Part shown: positions 1-13,792 of the stretch, in pieces
Layout of the letters: each line of letters starts with the position of its first letter
How positions within the stretch are numbered: the first letter of the stretch is position 1
Assembly (NCBI GenBank): GCA_964016885.1
Contig: OZ024748.1
Coordinates: 54,126,001 to 54,190,000 of the forward strand
Direction: 5' to 3'
DNA: 64,000 bases
Origin: Eledone cirrhosa
Lineage: Eukaryota
Translations under genes and position numbers: made by a program
The notes under the pieces: generated by a model
What the model saw: only the letters and a program-made list of their open reading frames with translations
Database searches by the model: none
What the model was told of the DNA's origin: nothing

Positions 1-654
1 ACCTTCAACAAGCTCATACACATATATACATTTATACATACATACATACATACATATACATACATATATATATATATATATAAGAGAAAGGAGGGGGTAC
101 ACACATATATGTATGTATATATATATATACATACATATATGTGTGTACCCCCTCCTTTCTCTTTTAATTTACAGTATCTATTATAATGTTTATTTATATC
201 TTTCTATCTTTTTCACTTCTCTTTCCTCTCCCCTCCTCTCGCTTCTATTCACACTATCTCTCTCTAATTTTGATATCTCCTCTCTCGCTGATTATCACAA
301 CCTCTCCCTTTCTCCCATTTCTCCCCCCTCTCTCTCTCTTCATCTCCCATTTCTCTCGTTTCCCTCTCTCTCTTTCTCCCTCTCCTCTCCCACTATCCTT
401 TCCTTTCTCACCTTCTCTCTCTCTGTCTTTTTCTCCCTCCCCCTCTCTCTATATTTCTCATCCTCTCCATCCACCTCTCTCCCTCTGTCTTATAGTAACT
501 TACTCTGTCAGTCTCACTTTTTCTCTAATTAGTTTTGTTCCCTATCCCTCTCCCTTTCTCTCTTTACTCAACCGTTTCTCTTTTACTGCTTTTCCGACCC
601 TCTCTCTCTCTCACACACACACTCTTTCTCATCGACCCCCACCTATTCTCCCTG

Positions 655-807
655 CTCCCACCTTCACCACCGCCATCATAATCACGACCTTAGTAATCAC
701 CACCCCTGACGCCCGAACCACCACTCCCATCACAATCACCACCACTACCCCCCCCCCTCCCCGCTTATCATGATAACATCACCATCACTATCACAAACAT
801 TGTAATT

Positions 808-839
<32 letters not shown>

Positions 840-1710
840 AACCACAAACATTGTAATTACCACCGCCACCACCACCATCATCATCATAACCACAAACATT
901 GTAATTACCACCGCCATCATCATCATCATCATCATCATAACCACAAACATTGTAATTACCACCGCCATCATCATCATCATCATCATCATCATAACCACAT
1001 TGTAATTACCACCACCACCGTCATCATAATCACAAACAATTTGTAATTACCACCGCCGCCGCCACCACCATCAGCACTCTAACCTCTGCGATCACCTCTT
1101 CCGTCGCCACCGTCATAATGACGGCCATCACCACCGACTTCGCCACCACGACAATCAGGCTCACTGCAACCACCACTGAGATCGCCACCACCGTAATCAC
1201 TACCACCGTTATCACCACCACCACCATTATCACCACCACCACCATTCTAACCACCGTAGCCACCACCACCACCATTCTAACCACCACCGTAATCACTACC
1301 ACCGTTATCACCACCACCACCATCACTCTAATCGCCACCAGCACCACTCTAACCATCGTAATCACAACCTCTACCATCACCACCACCACTGTATTCATTA
1401 CTCTAACCTCCACCATCATCACTCTAATCTCCACTGTAATCACCACCACCACCACCGCCTATAAACAACCACTGTAATCGCCACCACCACCAACACCACC
1501 ATCTCTCTAACCCCTACCACCACCACCGCCGCCCTATTACTCTAACCTCTACCCCCACCGCCACCAACACAACCAGCACCATCTCTCTAGCCACCACCAA
1601 CACCACCAGCGTCACTCTAACAACCACTGTAATCGCCATCATCACCACCAACACCACCCCCATTACTCTAACCTCTACCACCACCTCTAGCCCCGCCGCC
1701 ACCACCACCT
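655..1710. repeat. (CAC/CAT)n low-complexity tract with a ~45-50 bp minisatellite
   Basis: The unit acaaacattgtaattaccaccgcc(acc/atc)n recurs about 6 times at ~790-1070, then degrades into ACC/ATC triplets. It explains the poly-T/V/M ORFs. Confidence 0.85.
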
Positions 1711-2122
1711 CAATATCTGCCTTTTAAACGATCAACCAATCTGACTGCATCTTCTCAACTTTCTTCCACTTCTTTCCTACTTCTTTCACAAGACATCTTC
1801 TAATGAGCTACTGTGTGTGCGTGTACGTGTGAACGTATGTGTATGTGTGTTGATTTTCTTGTTATTGTCTATATGCATATACATATATACATATATATAT
1901 GTGTGTGTGCATATGTAGATAGATATACATAGATATAAATGTATAAATATACTTACGTATATATGTGTATATGTATCAGTCAGTGTGTGTGTGTGTCTGT
2001 TTATATTATAATTATCTACGTATGCGTGCTTGCGTGTTTTTTATTATTATTTTTGTGTCTGTGTGCTCGTTTGTCGTAAAGCGCGTAATGAGAGTGCGCG
2101 CCTATGTATCATTATGTATGTA

Positions 2123-2162
<40 letters not shown>

Positions 2163-2376
2163 TGTGCGTGTGTGCATGTGTATGTGTGTATGTGTGTAGT
2201 CTTTTTGTTGTTTTTTGTTCGTCTCATTCGGTATTTTGGCCGCGTTGATGAGGCAAGTTACACTGAATGTATATTGGTATATTGCTTTATGCTGCCTGCT
2301 CTTCTGTCTTCATGTATTAATGCTCTCATATGCTTTGCTGTTGTTTTGTATATATTTACATACGTACATACATATA

Positions 2377-2416
<40 letters not shown>

Positions 2417-2446
2417 GTGTGTGTGTGTGTATGTGTGTGTATATAC

Positions 2447-2505
<59 letters not shown>

Positions 2506-2776
2506 TACACCCACCCACGAGCACACACATACACAAATATATATATACCTATGTATGTATGTAATATGAGTGCCTTACGTGTGCGCCTGTATGTGTGTAT
2601 ATATGTATATATATAAGTATGTTTACATGCGTGTATGTATAGTGTTGTATTTCTGTGTGAGTGTGTATGTATGTGTGTATGTTTGTATGTGTGTGAATGT
2701 CGCGCGCATCATTTATTATTTATCTGTAACAATCTATTATATATCTATGTGTCTATTGTACATTTATATATACTAA

Positions 2777-2827
<51 letters not shown>

Positions 2828-3041
2828 ATATCTATCAACATCTCTCTCTCTATATATATATATATCCATGCTTCTATTAATATATCTACGTAAAGCATAT
2901 CAATGTATTTATAACTACGCACACACACACACATATACACAATCACACACTCACTCACTCACGTTCCTTTTTAACTGTTTACACCGATGGGCTTGGGCCA
3001 CGCTGGGGCACCACAATATTTACAAATGCATGCACACACAT

Positions 3042-3072
<31 letters not shown>

Positions 3073-3263
3073 CACACTCGCTTTTAACTATTTAAACCAA
3101 TGGGCTTGGGCCATGCTAGGGCATCTCCATGTTTATAAATACAGACACACACGCATATAATCATCTGTGTGTGTATATATATATGTGTGTGTGAATTGTG
3201 TGTTTTTACATGGGTGCGTTTGTAAACATTACTAATTCTTCGTCTAGTGTACCACCGGGTTTT

Positions 3264-3313
<50 letters not shown>

Positions 3314-3647
3314 ATATATATATTGTTTTGATCTTTGATTTCTTTGTATTGTTTTTTTTTAATCTATCCTTCGGAGATCAATTTAATTCTTATGTGTGTA
3401 TGTGTTTGTTTGTTGGTGCGCGCGTGTGTGTGTCTGCGTGTGCGCGCGCGCGTATGTGCCTTTGAGCGCTTTTAAAGCTGATTGACACACACACACACAC
3501 ACTCACACACACACACACACACAGGGGACATGTAAATACAACACTCCTCACACACACATAACCGGGTGGATGGATAACTGTTTAAAACGATTACGGGCTT
3601 TCCAGGACAGCACTCAGATCTCCCCACCCCCACACACACACTCTCTC

Positions 3648-3722
<75 letters not shown>

Positions 3723-3881
3723 TAATAAATATAGACATGAATATCTATATTTATTATTTTGAATTCATTTTTTGAAGTAATATTAATAACTCCAAGAAAA
3801 AAACCACCGTAGAGTGCTTATATTCTATTGTGAAACTTTATTCATTGAGGAATTCATTGAACCTTGTTAAATTTTTAATCA

Positions 3882-3918
<37 letters not shown>

Positions 3919-3987
3919 CAAATATATATATATCACATATATATATATAACAAATATATATATATATGTATAAATATGTATATATAT

Positions 3988-4036
<49 letters not shown>

Positions 4037-4616
4037 CATATATATACCTTATATATATTACATATATATATATGACATATAGATATATAACATATATATA
4101 ATATATATATATAACATATATATATAATATATATATATAACATATATATAATATATATAACATATATATAATATATATATATAACATATATATATAATAT
4201 ATATATATAACATATATATAATATATATATATAACATATATATAATATATATATATAACATATATATAATATATATATATAACATACATATATATATATA
4301 ACATATATATATAATATATATATATAACATACATATATATATATAACATATATGTATATATAAAATATATATATATATTATAACATATATATGTATATAA
4401 ACACACATATATCTATATTTATCTATCTATCTAGCTCTCTCTTATATATATATATATATTCATTAAATCACATATGTCCTTCCATCTATATCTATGTGTG
4501 CACGCTCCGTTACGTATCCATATACATCCGTATACGCAACATTGACATCAACAACCACAAAAAGCAAAACTGACAAACAGACACACAGACACAATTAAGC
4601 GCGAGCACACACGCAT

Positions 4617-4650
<34 letters not shown>

Positions 4651-4689
4651 TGCAACTTATTTTTAGCAACATTTAATATACATGATCAC

Positions 4690-4746
<57 letters not shown>

Positions 4747-4845
4747 CATATATTCATATATACATATATATATATATATATATAGTAATAATAATAAATT
4801 TGAAGATTAAAATCCAAAGATGGCTCGATGAGAATAGATATATAT

Positions 4846-4902
<57 letters not shown>

Positions 4903-5161
4903 GTATACGTGTGTGTGTATTTGTGCATATATACTGTATATATGTATATATATATGTAAATATATATATGTGTATGTATACATATATATGTATACATGTA
5001 TGTATATATGTATGTATTTATATATATGTATATATATATATGTATATATATATATATGTATATATAGATATGTATATATATATATATATATATATGTATA
5101 TGTATATTTATGTATATATATATATGTATATATTTATGTAAATGTATATATATGTATATAC

Positions 5162-5217
<56 letters not shown>

Positions 5218-5395
5218 CAATACACATATTTTAATACAAAATTATTTATTAAATATATATATATGTATGTATATAAATAAATATATATAAACATTTATGT
5301 ACCTATAACATGATGTATATATGCATATGTATATGATATCTATACACATTTAAATACATATATATATGTATGTATAAATAAATATATATATATTA

Positions 5396-5465
<70 letters not shown>

Positions 5466-5491
5466 ATATATATTATATATGTGTCTATATA

Positions 5492-5554
<63 letters not shown>

Positions 5555-5787
5555 GTCATGGGTCACTTGTTATATTGTTATTTTTTAATTTATCTTTCTG
5601 GTAAATTTCCTTTTATTAAATGTGTATACAAGTATGTATACATATATACATACATGTATGTATACATATATGTATATATTCATATGTATGTTTGTAGGTG
5701 TAGTTACAATGGTATTTTGTTCACACATCAGGTGTGGGCGTGTACATACCGTTACACATAGATACTTACACACACGCACACACACAC

Positions 5788-5866
<79 letters not shown>

Positions 5867-6147
5867 GCATATATATAGCATATATAATTTTTTATAAATA
5901 TATATTTACTTACCTAAAATATCCTAAAGTTTTTCATACCAACAAACATATATTTCTCCTAGTGTATGTGTGTGTTTATATATATATATATATATAATAT
6001 AGATTGTATATATATTTAGATATATATATGTATGTATATATACATTTATGCATCCATATAATATATATATTATATATATATATTTAGATATATATGTGTG
6101 TGTGCTTATGTATATATATATGCATGCAGATAAATATCTATATCTGA

Positions 6148-6186
<39 letters not shown>

Positions 6187-6306
6187 AAATATGCATATTT
6201 ATGATGATTTTTATAATGTTTATATTTTTTACCTAGATCTCTATATCTGGATTTATATTTACTTGTGTAGTTGGGTATGTTTTTTATGTATCTCTTTTTC
6301 TTTATT

Positions 6307-6359
<53 letters not shown>

Positions 6360-6550
6360 ACGCGCGCACACACGCACACGCACACGCACACACACACACA
6401 CACACGCGCGCGCGCGCACGTATATATGTTTGTATGTTTCTATGTGTGTGCCAATTCATATGTATATATTTACCATACATGTATGTGTGTATATATAAAG
6501 TCCCACGCACTTCAGTTGATTTATGTATGATTTATATCTATCAGGTTATT

Positions 6551-6608
<58 letters not shown>

Positions 6609-6906
6609 GTGTAATGAAGATATATGGAATTTATACATAATGCACGCACACACATATTTTAATGTATATATATACAGGACATAAGCTTTTACAATCAATT
6701 CCTATAAATATTATATACACACGATATATGTATTTTTAAATAAATGTGTGTGTGCATATATATATATTGCCACACACACACACGTGTGTGTGTGGCAAAT
6801 ATATATATATTATGCACACATATATATATATGTGTGTGTGCATAATATATAAAGATCTGTATGCATACACACACAAATATACACACACACGCACATATAT
6901 ATATGT

Positions 6907-7003
<97 letters not shown>

Positions 7004-7119
7004 TGTAGAAATGTGTTGGAGTGTCTTTCGTCCACAACATTAAAAACGGCGCACGCAGTTTGATATGGAATTTACATACTCGAGCACGTATATAGATATT
7101 TAAGTACACACACTCCGGT

Positions 7120-7269
<150 letters not shown>

Positions 7270-7424
7270 TCTCTCCCTCTCACACATATATGACTATAAA
7301 TATTTTCACGCACATATGCACACACGCGCATATAAGCACACCCGCATAACAGGATAAATGCGTGTGTTAATATCTATGTAGATGCTATCCAGCAGTATTC
7401 CGCTATATCTATCCGTCCATATCT

Positions 7425-7760
7425 GAATGTAGTGGTTAAGGTGTCCGGCTTACAATCAGAAGGTCATGAGTTCGAATCCTGGGGTCACGTTTTGTCCCTT
7501 TGCAAGATATTATACTTCCCGTTGCTCCGTTCCATTGAAATTGGGGTGTGGGGGGTGAGTTGTACCCTGTGATTTCCAGGCGGTGACGGGGGTGGCGTGT
7601 ATTTTGACATGCTATATCATGTTATGAATCTCCCTGAGAATTGTATCGTAGGTACTCGTGTCTGTAGAATGCTCAGCCACTTGCAGGTTAATTTTACGAG
7701 CCGGCTGCTCCGTTGATCAAACAACTGGAACATTCACCGTCGGAATCGACGGAAGTCCAA
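7425..7760 (+). mobile_element. tRNA-derived CORE-type SINE, family C1
   Basis: A-box-like gtagtggttaagg, B-box gagttcgaatcc and CORE-like tgtccctttgcaagatatt. The tail (ctccctgagaa...gtgtctgtagaatgctcagccacttgca...cgacgga) is shared with 44918-45250, 33318-33645 and 10695-10850. Confidence 0.75.
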
Positions 7761-7805
7761 TATCCACTCATATATATATATACATGGACCTTTCCGACGG
7801 AATTC

Positions 7806-7862
<57 letters not shown>

Positions 7863-8029
7863 TATATAATATATGTATGTATATATATATATATATAAAT
7901 GTGTGTTTTTCTTGGATTGTATCAATATATGTCTAATATGTGTATGTATATATGTGAATGTGTAATATATAAGTGTGTGTGTGTATATGTGTGTGCGCGT
8001 GACCGTTTTTATGTGCATGAATATAGGTG

Positions 8030-8107
8030 TGAGTGTATGTGTATGCGCGACTGTATGCGCACGTGAGCGTTTGTGTGTGTGTGAGTGAATATGCGCGTTC
8101 GAATGCC

Positions 8108-8164
<57 letters not shown>

Positions 8165-9200
8165 GTTTGTGTGTATGTGTTACTGTATGCGAGCGTTGGT
8201 TTGTGTGCGTGTGTATACGCGAGCGTTTGTTTGTGTGTATGTATATGCGAGCGTTTGTTTTTTGTGTGCGTATACGCGAGCGTTTGTTTGTCTGTATGTA
8301 TATGCGAGCGTTTGTTTGTTTGTGTGTGTATGTGTGTATGCGAGTGCTCATTTTTGTGTGTGTGCGCCGCGCGCACCTGAGTTTGTCTGCGTGAGTGTTT
8401 GTTTGTGTACGGACGCCAGCGTCTGTCTCCGCGTGTGTATTTGTGCATATAGATGCGTGCGAACGCTTGTCTCTCTCTGTTAGTGCACGTCTCTTTGTAT
8501 GTATGCGTATATGTGTATATGCTTGCCTGCTTTGTGTGTGTGTGTGTAGTTCATCTATATGTGCGGACGCCAGCCACACTCAATCAGTGTACGTCTGCTT
8601 GTATGTATATGTGTATGAATATATATGTGCTTGTATGGTATATGTGTGTGTAAGTGTGTGCGCCTGTTTGTTGTTGTGCATCTGTGTATACGAACGCTTG
8701 CCTCTATCAATCAGAGTGCGTCTCTTGTATGTATGTATGAATGTGTGTATGTAAGTGTATAATGTGTATCTGCCTGTATATAAACATGTGAGTGTGTGTG
8801 TGTGTAATTGTGCATCTGTGTGTGCGTCTGCTTGTATGTGTGTATGTGTATCTGCCTGTATATATACATGAATGTGTGTGTGTGTGTGTGTGTGTTTGTG
8901 CATACGAACGCTTGCCTCTCTCAATCAGTGTATGTATGTATGTGTGTATGTGTATCTGCCTGTATATATACATGAGTGTGTGTGTGTGTGTGTTTGTGCA
9001 TACGAACGCTTGCCTCTCTCAATCAGTGTATGTATGTATGTGTATATGTATATCTGCCTGTATATATATACATGAGTGTGTGAGTGTATATATGTGTTAG
9101 TGGCTGTGCATCCGTGTATACGGACGCTTGCCTTTATCAATCAGTGTGCGTCTGCTTGTGTGTATAAATGTGTATCTGCCTGTATATATATATATATATA
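8030..9200. repeat. Compound minisatellites derived from (TG)n
   Basis: A ~28-bp unit atgcgagcgtttgtttgtgtgtatgtat at ~8180-8350 and a ~100-bp unit acgaacgcttgcctctctcaatcagtg...tatctgcctgtatata repeated 4-5 times at ~8690-9190. Confidence 0.8.
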
Positions 9201-9711
9201 CATGTGTGTATGTGTATACATGTATGTGTAATAGTGAATGGATTAGATTGATGCCTTGCAGACGACAGTTTTTCCGCTGGTTATGTTATCTGTGGTAGTC
9301 GAAGCCATTTCCTCGTCGGTTTCTTTTTACGGAACAAACACAAAACACAACAACATGTGAAGGAGATCCTTTCTTTACCACTTTACCCCTGGATATTCTA
9401 AATATATTGTAATGCCACCGAACACAGGAGTTTATTCCGCGATGTTTTCACTGAAATTATTTCCATGTACTGCTATGAGAACGATGGCAACTTGCTTTTT
9501 TATTTTGTAAGATGTCAACTTTGTTTTTTATTTGTATATAAGATCCGGATGTTAACCATCTTTTCTTTTTGTGTGTATGTGTTATGTTATTTCTTATTTC
9601 TTATTTCTTGTTCTCTGAGAAAAGGGTGGAAAATGGAATCAATATTTTCAAATTTTGTGATTTTCTTTTCACCATATATATTACTCACACTTCGTTTTTG
9701 TATGTAATATA

Positions 9712-9788
9712 CAGGATGTCCCCCAAAAATGTATACATGCTTTCATTACAATGCTGTTTGAAGTGTGTATACATTTTGGGACACCCTG
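9712..9788. mobile_element. Tc1/mariner-type MITE (77 bp)
   Basis: TA|CAGGATGTCCCCCAAAAATGTATACA...TGTATACATTTTGGGACACCCTG|TA: terminal inverted repeats flanked by TA. Confidence 0.8.
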
Positions 9789-9817
9789 TATATATATAAA
9801 ATATGTGTGTGTGTGTG

Positions 9818-9943
9818 TAGGTTCTTAAGTTGTGTTGGGTGGTAACCACAGTTTTAAAAAGTACTCAATATATTGGTAGAGTATAGGACATATTTACTAG
9901 AAATGACTTCTACAAGACACAAGACTAGAACTGTTTCATTCTT
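9818..9943 (-). mobile_element. Penelope-like terminal-repeat fragment, family B
   Basis: The minus strand reads gaatGAAACAGttctagtcttg...tagaagtcatttct...ttgagtactt...ctgtggttac. The same sequence recurs at 17214-17259 and 59285-59550. Confidence 0.5.
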
Positions 9944-9951
9944 GTGTGTGT

Positions 9952-10028
9952 AAGGTGTCCCAAAACATGTATACACATTTTATTAGCATTCTAATCAAAG
10001 TGTGTATACATTTTGGGGGACGCACTGT
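9952..10028. mobile_element. Tc1/mariner-type MITE, same family as 9712
   Basis: ggtgtcccaaaacatgtatacac...gtgtgtatacattttgggggacgcactg. Confidence 0.7.
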
Positions 10029-10563
10029 GTATATACATCATTTGTATTGTCAGCATGACCCTCCCCCCAAAGTATAACTATATATACATATATGTGTATA
10101 TATATATGTGTGTGAGTGTGTATATATATATGTGTGTGTATATATATGTGTGTGTGAAGAGAGAGAGAGAGAGAGAGAGAGAGATGTGATTATCGTTGTA
10201 TTCTGTTTTTTTTTCAATATTTTCTCTATATTTTAAACTAAATACATGTCTTGTTGTTGTTGTTGTTGTTGTTGTTGTGTAGTCCCATGTTAATCATGAT
10301 AAATCGGAGATATGATCAGTGATGTTCCAGCCGTTACCATATATTCTCCTGATGTATATATATGTATGTGTAGGTCTCTATGAAGTTATGTATGTGTATG
10401 TATATATATATTTATGTGTGTGTGTGTGTGTAGATAAGTTTATGTGTACAGAACATCCCTTAAAATTTACATAAAAAAGGTGATTAGAAGCGAGGTTTTG
10501 GCTTCTGTTTAATATACATATTATACGTACATACATACATACATACATATATATGCATACATT

Positions 10564-10595
<32 letters not shown>

Positions 10596-10694
10596 CAGAT
10601 ATATGCATACATTCGCACACACATGCCTATTATTTCAGCTTGTCACTCAGAGCGACTGCCGGGTGACTGTGTGTGTGTGTGTGTGTGTGTGTGA

Positions 10695-10850
10695 AGGGCG
10701 GATCTCCGTCTCTTCCGACGAGGAGTGTTCTAGTTGATACGATCGATGGAACAGCCTGCTTGTGAGATTAACGTAGAAATAGCTGAACACTCCACAAACA
10801 CGTGTACCCTTACCGTCGTTCTTAGGGAGATTCAGCGTGACAATGCTGTC
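10695..10850 (-). mobile_element. 3' half of SINE family C1
   Basis: Reverse complement of the C1 tail (gtgtacccttaccgtcgttcttagggagattcagcgtgac). Confidence 0.65.
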
Positions 10851-10965
10851 TCTTTGAATTATAGTGCGTGTGCAATATATATACACACAATAGAATTTGT
10901 TCTTATTTTTAGTAAGGTCTACACTTGTGTTTTTTTCGATAAAATATCATACGTGTATGTATGTA

Positions 10966-11029
<64 letters not shown>

Positions 11030-11063
11030 TATATATATATGTGTGTGTCTATGTCTATGTATG

Positions 11064-11094
<31 letters not shown>

Positions 11095-11254
11095 CTATGT
11101 ATGTATAAATATATATATATATGTATATGTATGTTTAAATATATATATATATATGTATATGTATATATGTATGTTTAATATATATATGTAAATGTATATA
11201 TATATATATGCATATGTATGTATGAATATATACATATATATACTCCTCCACTTG

Positions 11255-11430
11255 GTATATAGTTACGTCCCTTTACGTTCTGCGTTCAAATCCTGCCGAG
11301 GTTAGCTTTGTCTTTCATCGTTACGGGATTGAAAATATAAAGTACCAGTAATGCATTGGTGTCGAGTTAATCTACTTTCCCCTCCCCCGGCAATTGTTGA
11401 CTTTGTACCTAAATAAGAAGCCGTTATTTG
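11255..11430 (+). mobile_element. tRNA-derived SINE, family N
   Basis: gttcaaatcctgccgaggttagctttgtctttcatc...aagtaccagtaatgcattgg...; more than 20 related copies occur in the window. Confidence 0.8.
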
Positions 11431-11660
11431 TATTGTTGTTTAGTTTCAATTCATACTTAATCCAGCGGACATGATCGTCAAAAGACATTTTAGTTTGGGG
11501 CCATCTTTGTGTGTGTGTGTATGTGTGTATGTATAAATGTGTGTGATCTTTCCGATTTTGGCCATCTTTGTGTGTTTGTAAATATATATATATATATATC
11601 TGTGTGTGTGTGTGTGTATGTATGTGTATATATATATGTTTGTGTATGTATGTATGTGTG

Positions 11661-11704
<44 letters not shown>

Positions 11705-11770
11705 TGTGTATGTATATATGTGTATATATATATATATATGTTTGTGTATGTATGTATATATATGTTTGTA

Positions 11771-11801
<31 letters not shown>

Positions 11802-11934
11802 GTATATATATATATGTATGTATGTATGTGTATATATATATATATGTATGTATGTGTATATATATATATGTATGTATGTGTATATATATATGTATGTATG
11901 TGTGTATATATATGTATGTGTATATATATATATG

Positions 11935-11973
<39 letters not shown>

Positions 11974-12213
11974 ATGTGTATATATATATATATATGTATG
12001 TGTATGTGTATATATATATATATGTATGTATGTGTGTGCATATATATATATATGTAAAAACTGAAGTGTGTGATACTTCAGTTTTTTTTACTAATTGTGT
12101 GTGTGTATGTATGTGTGTATGTATATCTGTGTGATATTTCCATTTGTGTGTGTGAGTGTATTTATATATATATATATATGTGTGTGTGTGTGATAATTCA
12201 GTGTTTAGCCATC

Positions 12214-12266
<53 letters not shown>

Positions 12267-12981
12267 TAATATATATGTGTGTTTGTGTGTGTAAAGTAAC
12301 CGCGAAGTTAATCCAGATAGGCCACATTCCATATGTGACCATCGCGACTTTTCAGAAAGTCTATCTAGATACTCCACTACATCATCCAAAATTGTCTTTT
12401 GTTTTTTTGTTTTATTTTTTTTGTTTGTTTTGTTTTTTGTTTGTTGTGATTTTTGTTCGTTTTTTTTTTTAAGGCGATTCATAGTATTCCAAAGAAATTA
12501 GGCTATTATTTCTAACATATCAGACAATCTCGTAGAGCGGAGGCTTCTCTGCTTCGACTGACAAGATCGGTGGAATCATGAACGAAACGGCTTACACTAT
12601 TTAGTTACGTCCCTTTACGTACTGATTTCCAATCAACCCAGGATCGATTTTGTTTGTTCATCCATCTTTCTGAGGTCGATAAAAAATAAAGGATTGGATT
12701 AAGTAGAGGAATTGATTAAATCGATTTTCTCCAAATCTTCTCTTCTTACAAATAATTTATGGACCCTTGTATCGGTAGAGTGTCGGACGCCATTGCTTTG
12801 CAGGGTAGAGTTACGGCCCTTCACAGTCTGAGTTCAAATCCCGCCGAGGTTAACTTTGCCTTTCATCCTTACGGAGTCGATAAAATAAAGCACCAGTAAT
12901 GTACTGGGGTTGATTTAATCGACCCCCCCCCCTCCCCTTCAATTTTCTGGCCTTGTGTCAAAAGTAGAAACAATTATTATT

Positions 12982-13015
12982 AGTAGTACTATATCGGCCC
13001 TTGTGGCCAATAAAT
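12982..13015 (+). mobile_element. 34-bp Tx1-like LINE 3' terminus with a 15-bp TSD
   Basis: gaaacaattattatt is duplicated at 12967-12981 and 13016-13030. The insert ends cccttgtggccaataaa, like the LINE end cccctgtggctaataaa at ~35210-35226. Confidence 0.65.
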
Positions 13016-13044
13016 GAAACAATTATTATTTTATCTGGGAGATA

Positions 13045-13152
13045 TTGGGTTCGGTTTCTCATAGCAGCTAACGGCAAATTCTTTTTCCGTCTTTAAGGGG
13101 CTTCACCCTATTTTATAAGCTATTTTATAGCGTTTCCGCACATGAACACTCC
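13045..13152. repeat. Unclassified ~110-bp dispersed repeat
   Basis: ttgggttc...ggcaa.ttc.ttttcc.tc...ccctattttata...tccgc.catgaacac also occurs at 15528-15625. Confidence 0.6.
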
Positions 13153-13386
13153 AGTTTTTTTTAAACATTATTGTTGTTATTTTTTCGGTAGGGTGCTGGA
13201 TTTGCCGAAGGACCTCGGAGACAATGCTTTTCTTTTCATTGATCCGAGGTCACTAAAATAAAGTACCAGTTCAATATTAGGGGTTATTTACCACCACCCC
13301 CACCCTCAGTCTCTCCTTTCCTCTCCTCACCCGCCCCTAAAAAATTCCCTGGTCTTGTGCCTATGTTAAAAAACGATTATTATTTC

Positions 13387-13792
13387 TCCGTTAACATCAT
13401 GCGAGTCTCTACTTCATCACATGGTGTCTCCGTGTTCCCGGGATGTGTGCAGCATTGTGTGTTCATATTTTTGTGGTGGTGGTTTTTAGGGGAAAGGGAG
13501 TATAGACTCTTCCCACCAGTGAACTACAAGCTTGTATTGTTATGGAGTTTAGCTTACGGGTTTTTTTCTTTTTGTGTGTGTTATATTAATGTTTGTATTG
13601 TCATGTATTGTGTGTGTAATGTAAGTTGTGTTATTTTATAGGGTATTAAATGTTGTAGAGTATATGTTGTGTGTGCGTGTGTGTGATATAAGTTGTTATT
13701 TTATAGGGTTTTGTGTTAGGTTATTCCACACCGTCCTTAATGTGTGCGATTTGTTTGTTTTTTTGTATCCCCTTTTGTGACGAATAAATAAG
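13387..13792 (+). mobile_element. Tx1-like LINE 3' UTR fragment
   Basis: ggaaagggagtatagactcttc (13491) resembles ggaaaggagtacaagctcttc (35017). It ends ccccttttgtgacgaataaa and is flanked by (ATT)n. Confidence 0.5.

Noticed and set aside
768-1708. Thr-rich mucin-like ORFs
   Set aside because: They arise from CAC/CAT triplet repeats open in several frames on both strands, with no splice or domain support.
7425-7485. tRNA-like A/B boxes here and at other SINE heads (44918, 47080, 61800)
   Set aside because: They do not form complete cloverleaves and run directly into SINE bodies, so they are not tRNA genes.
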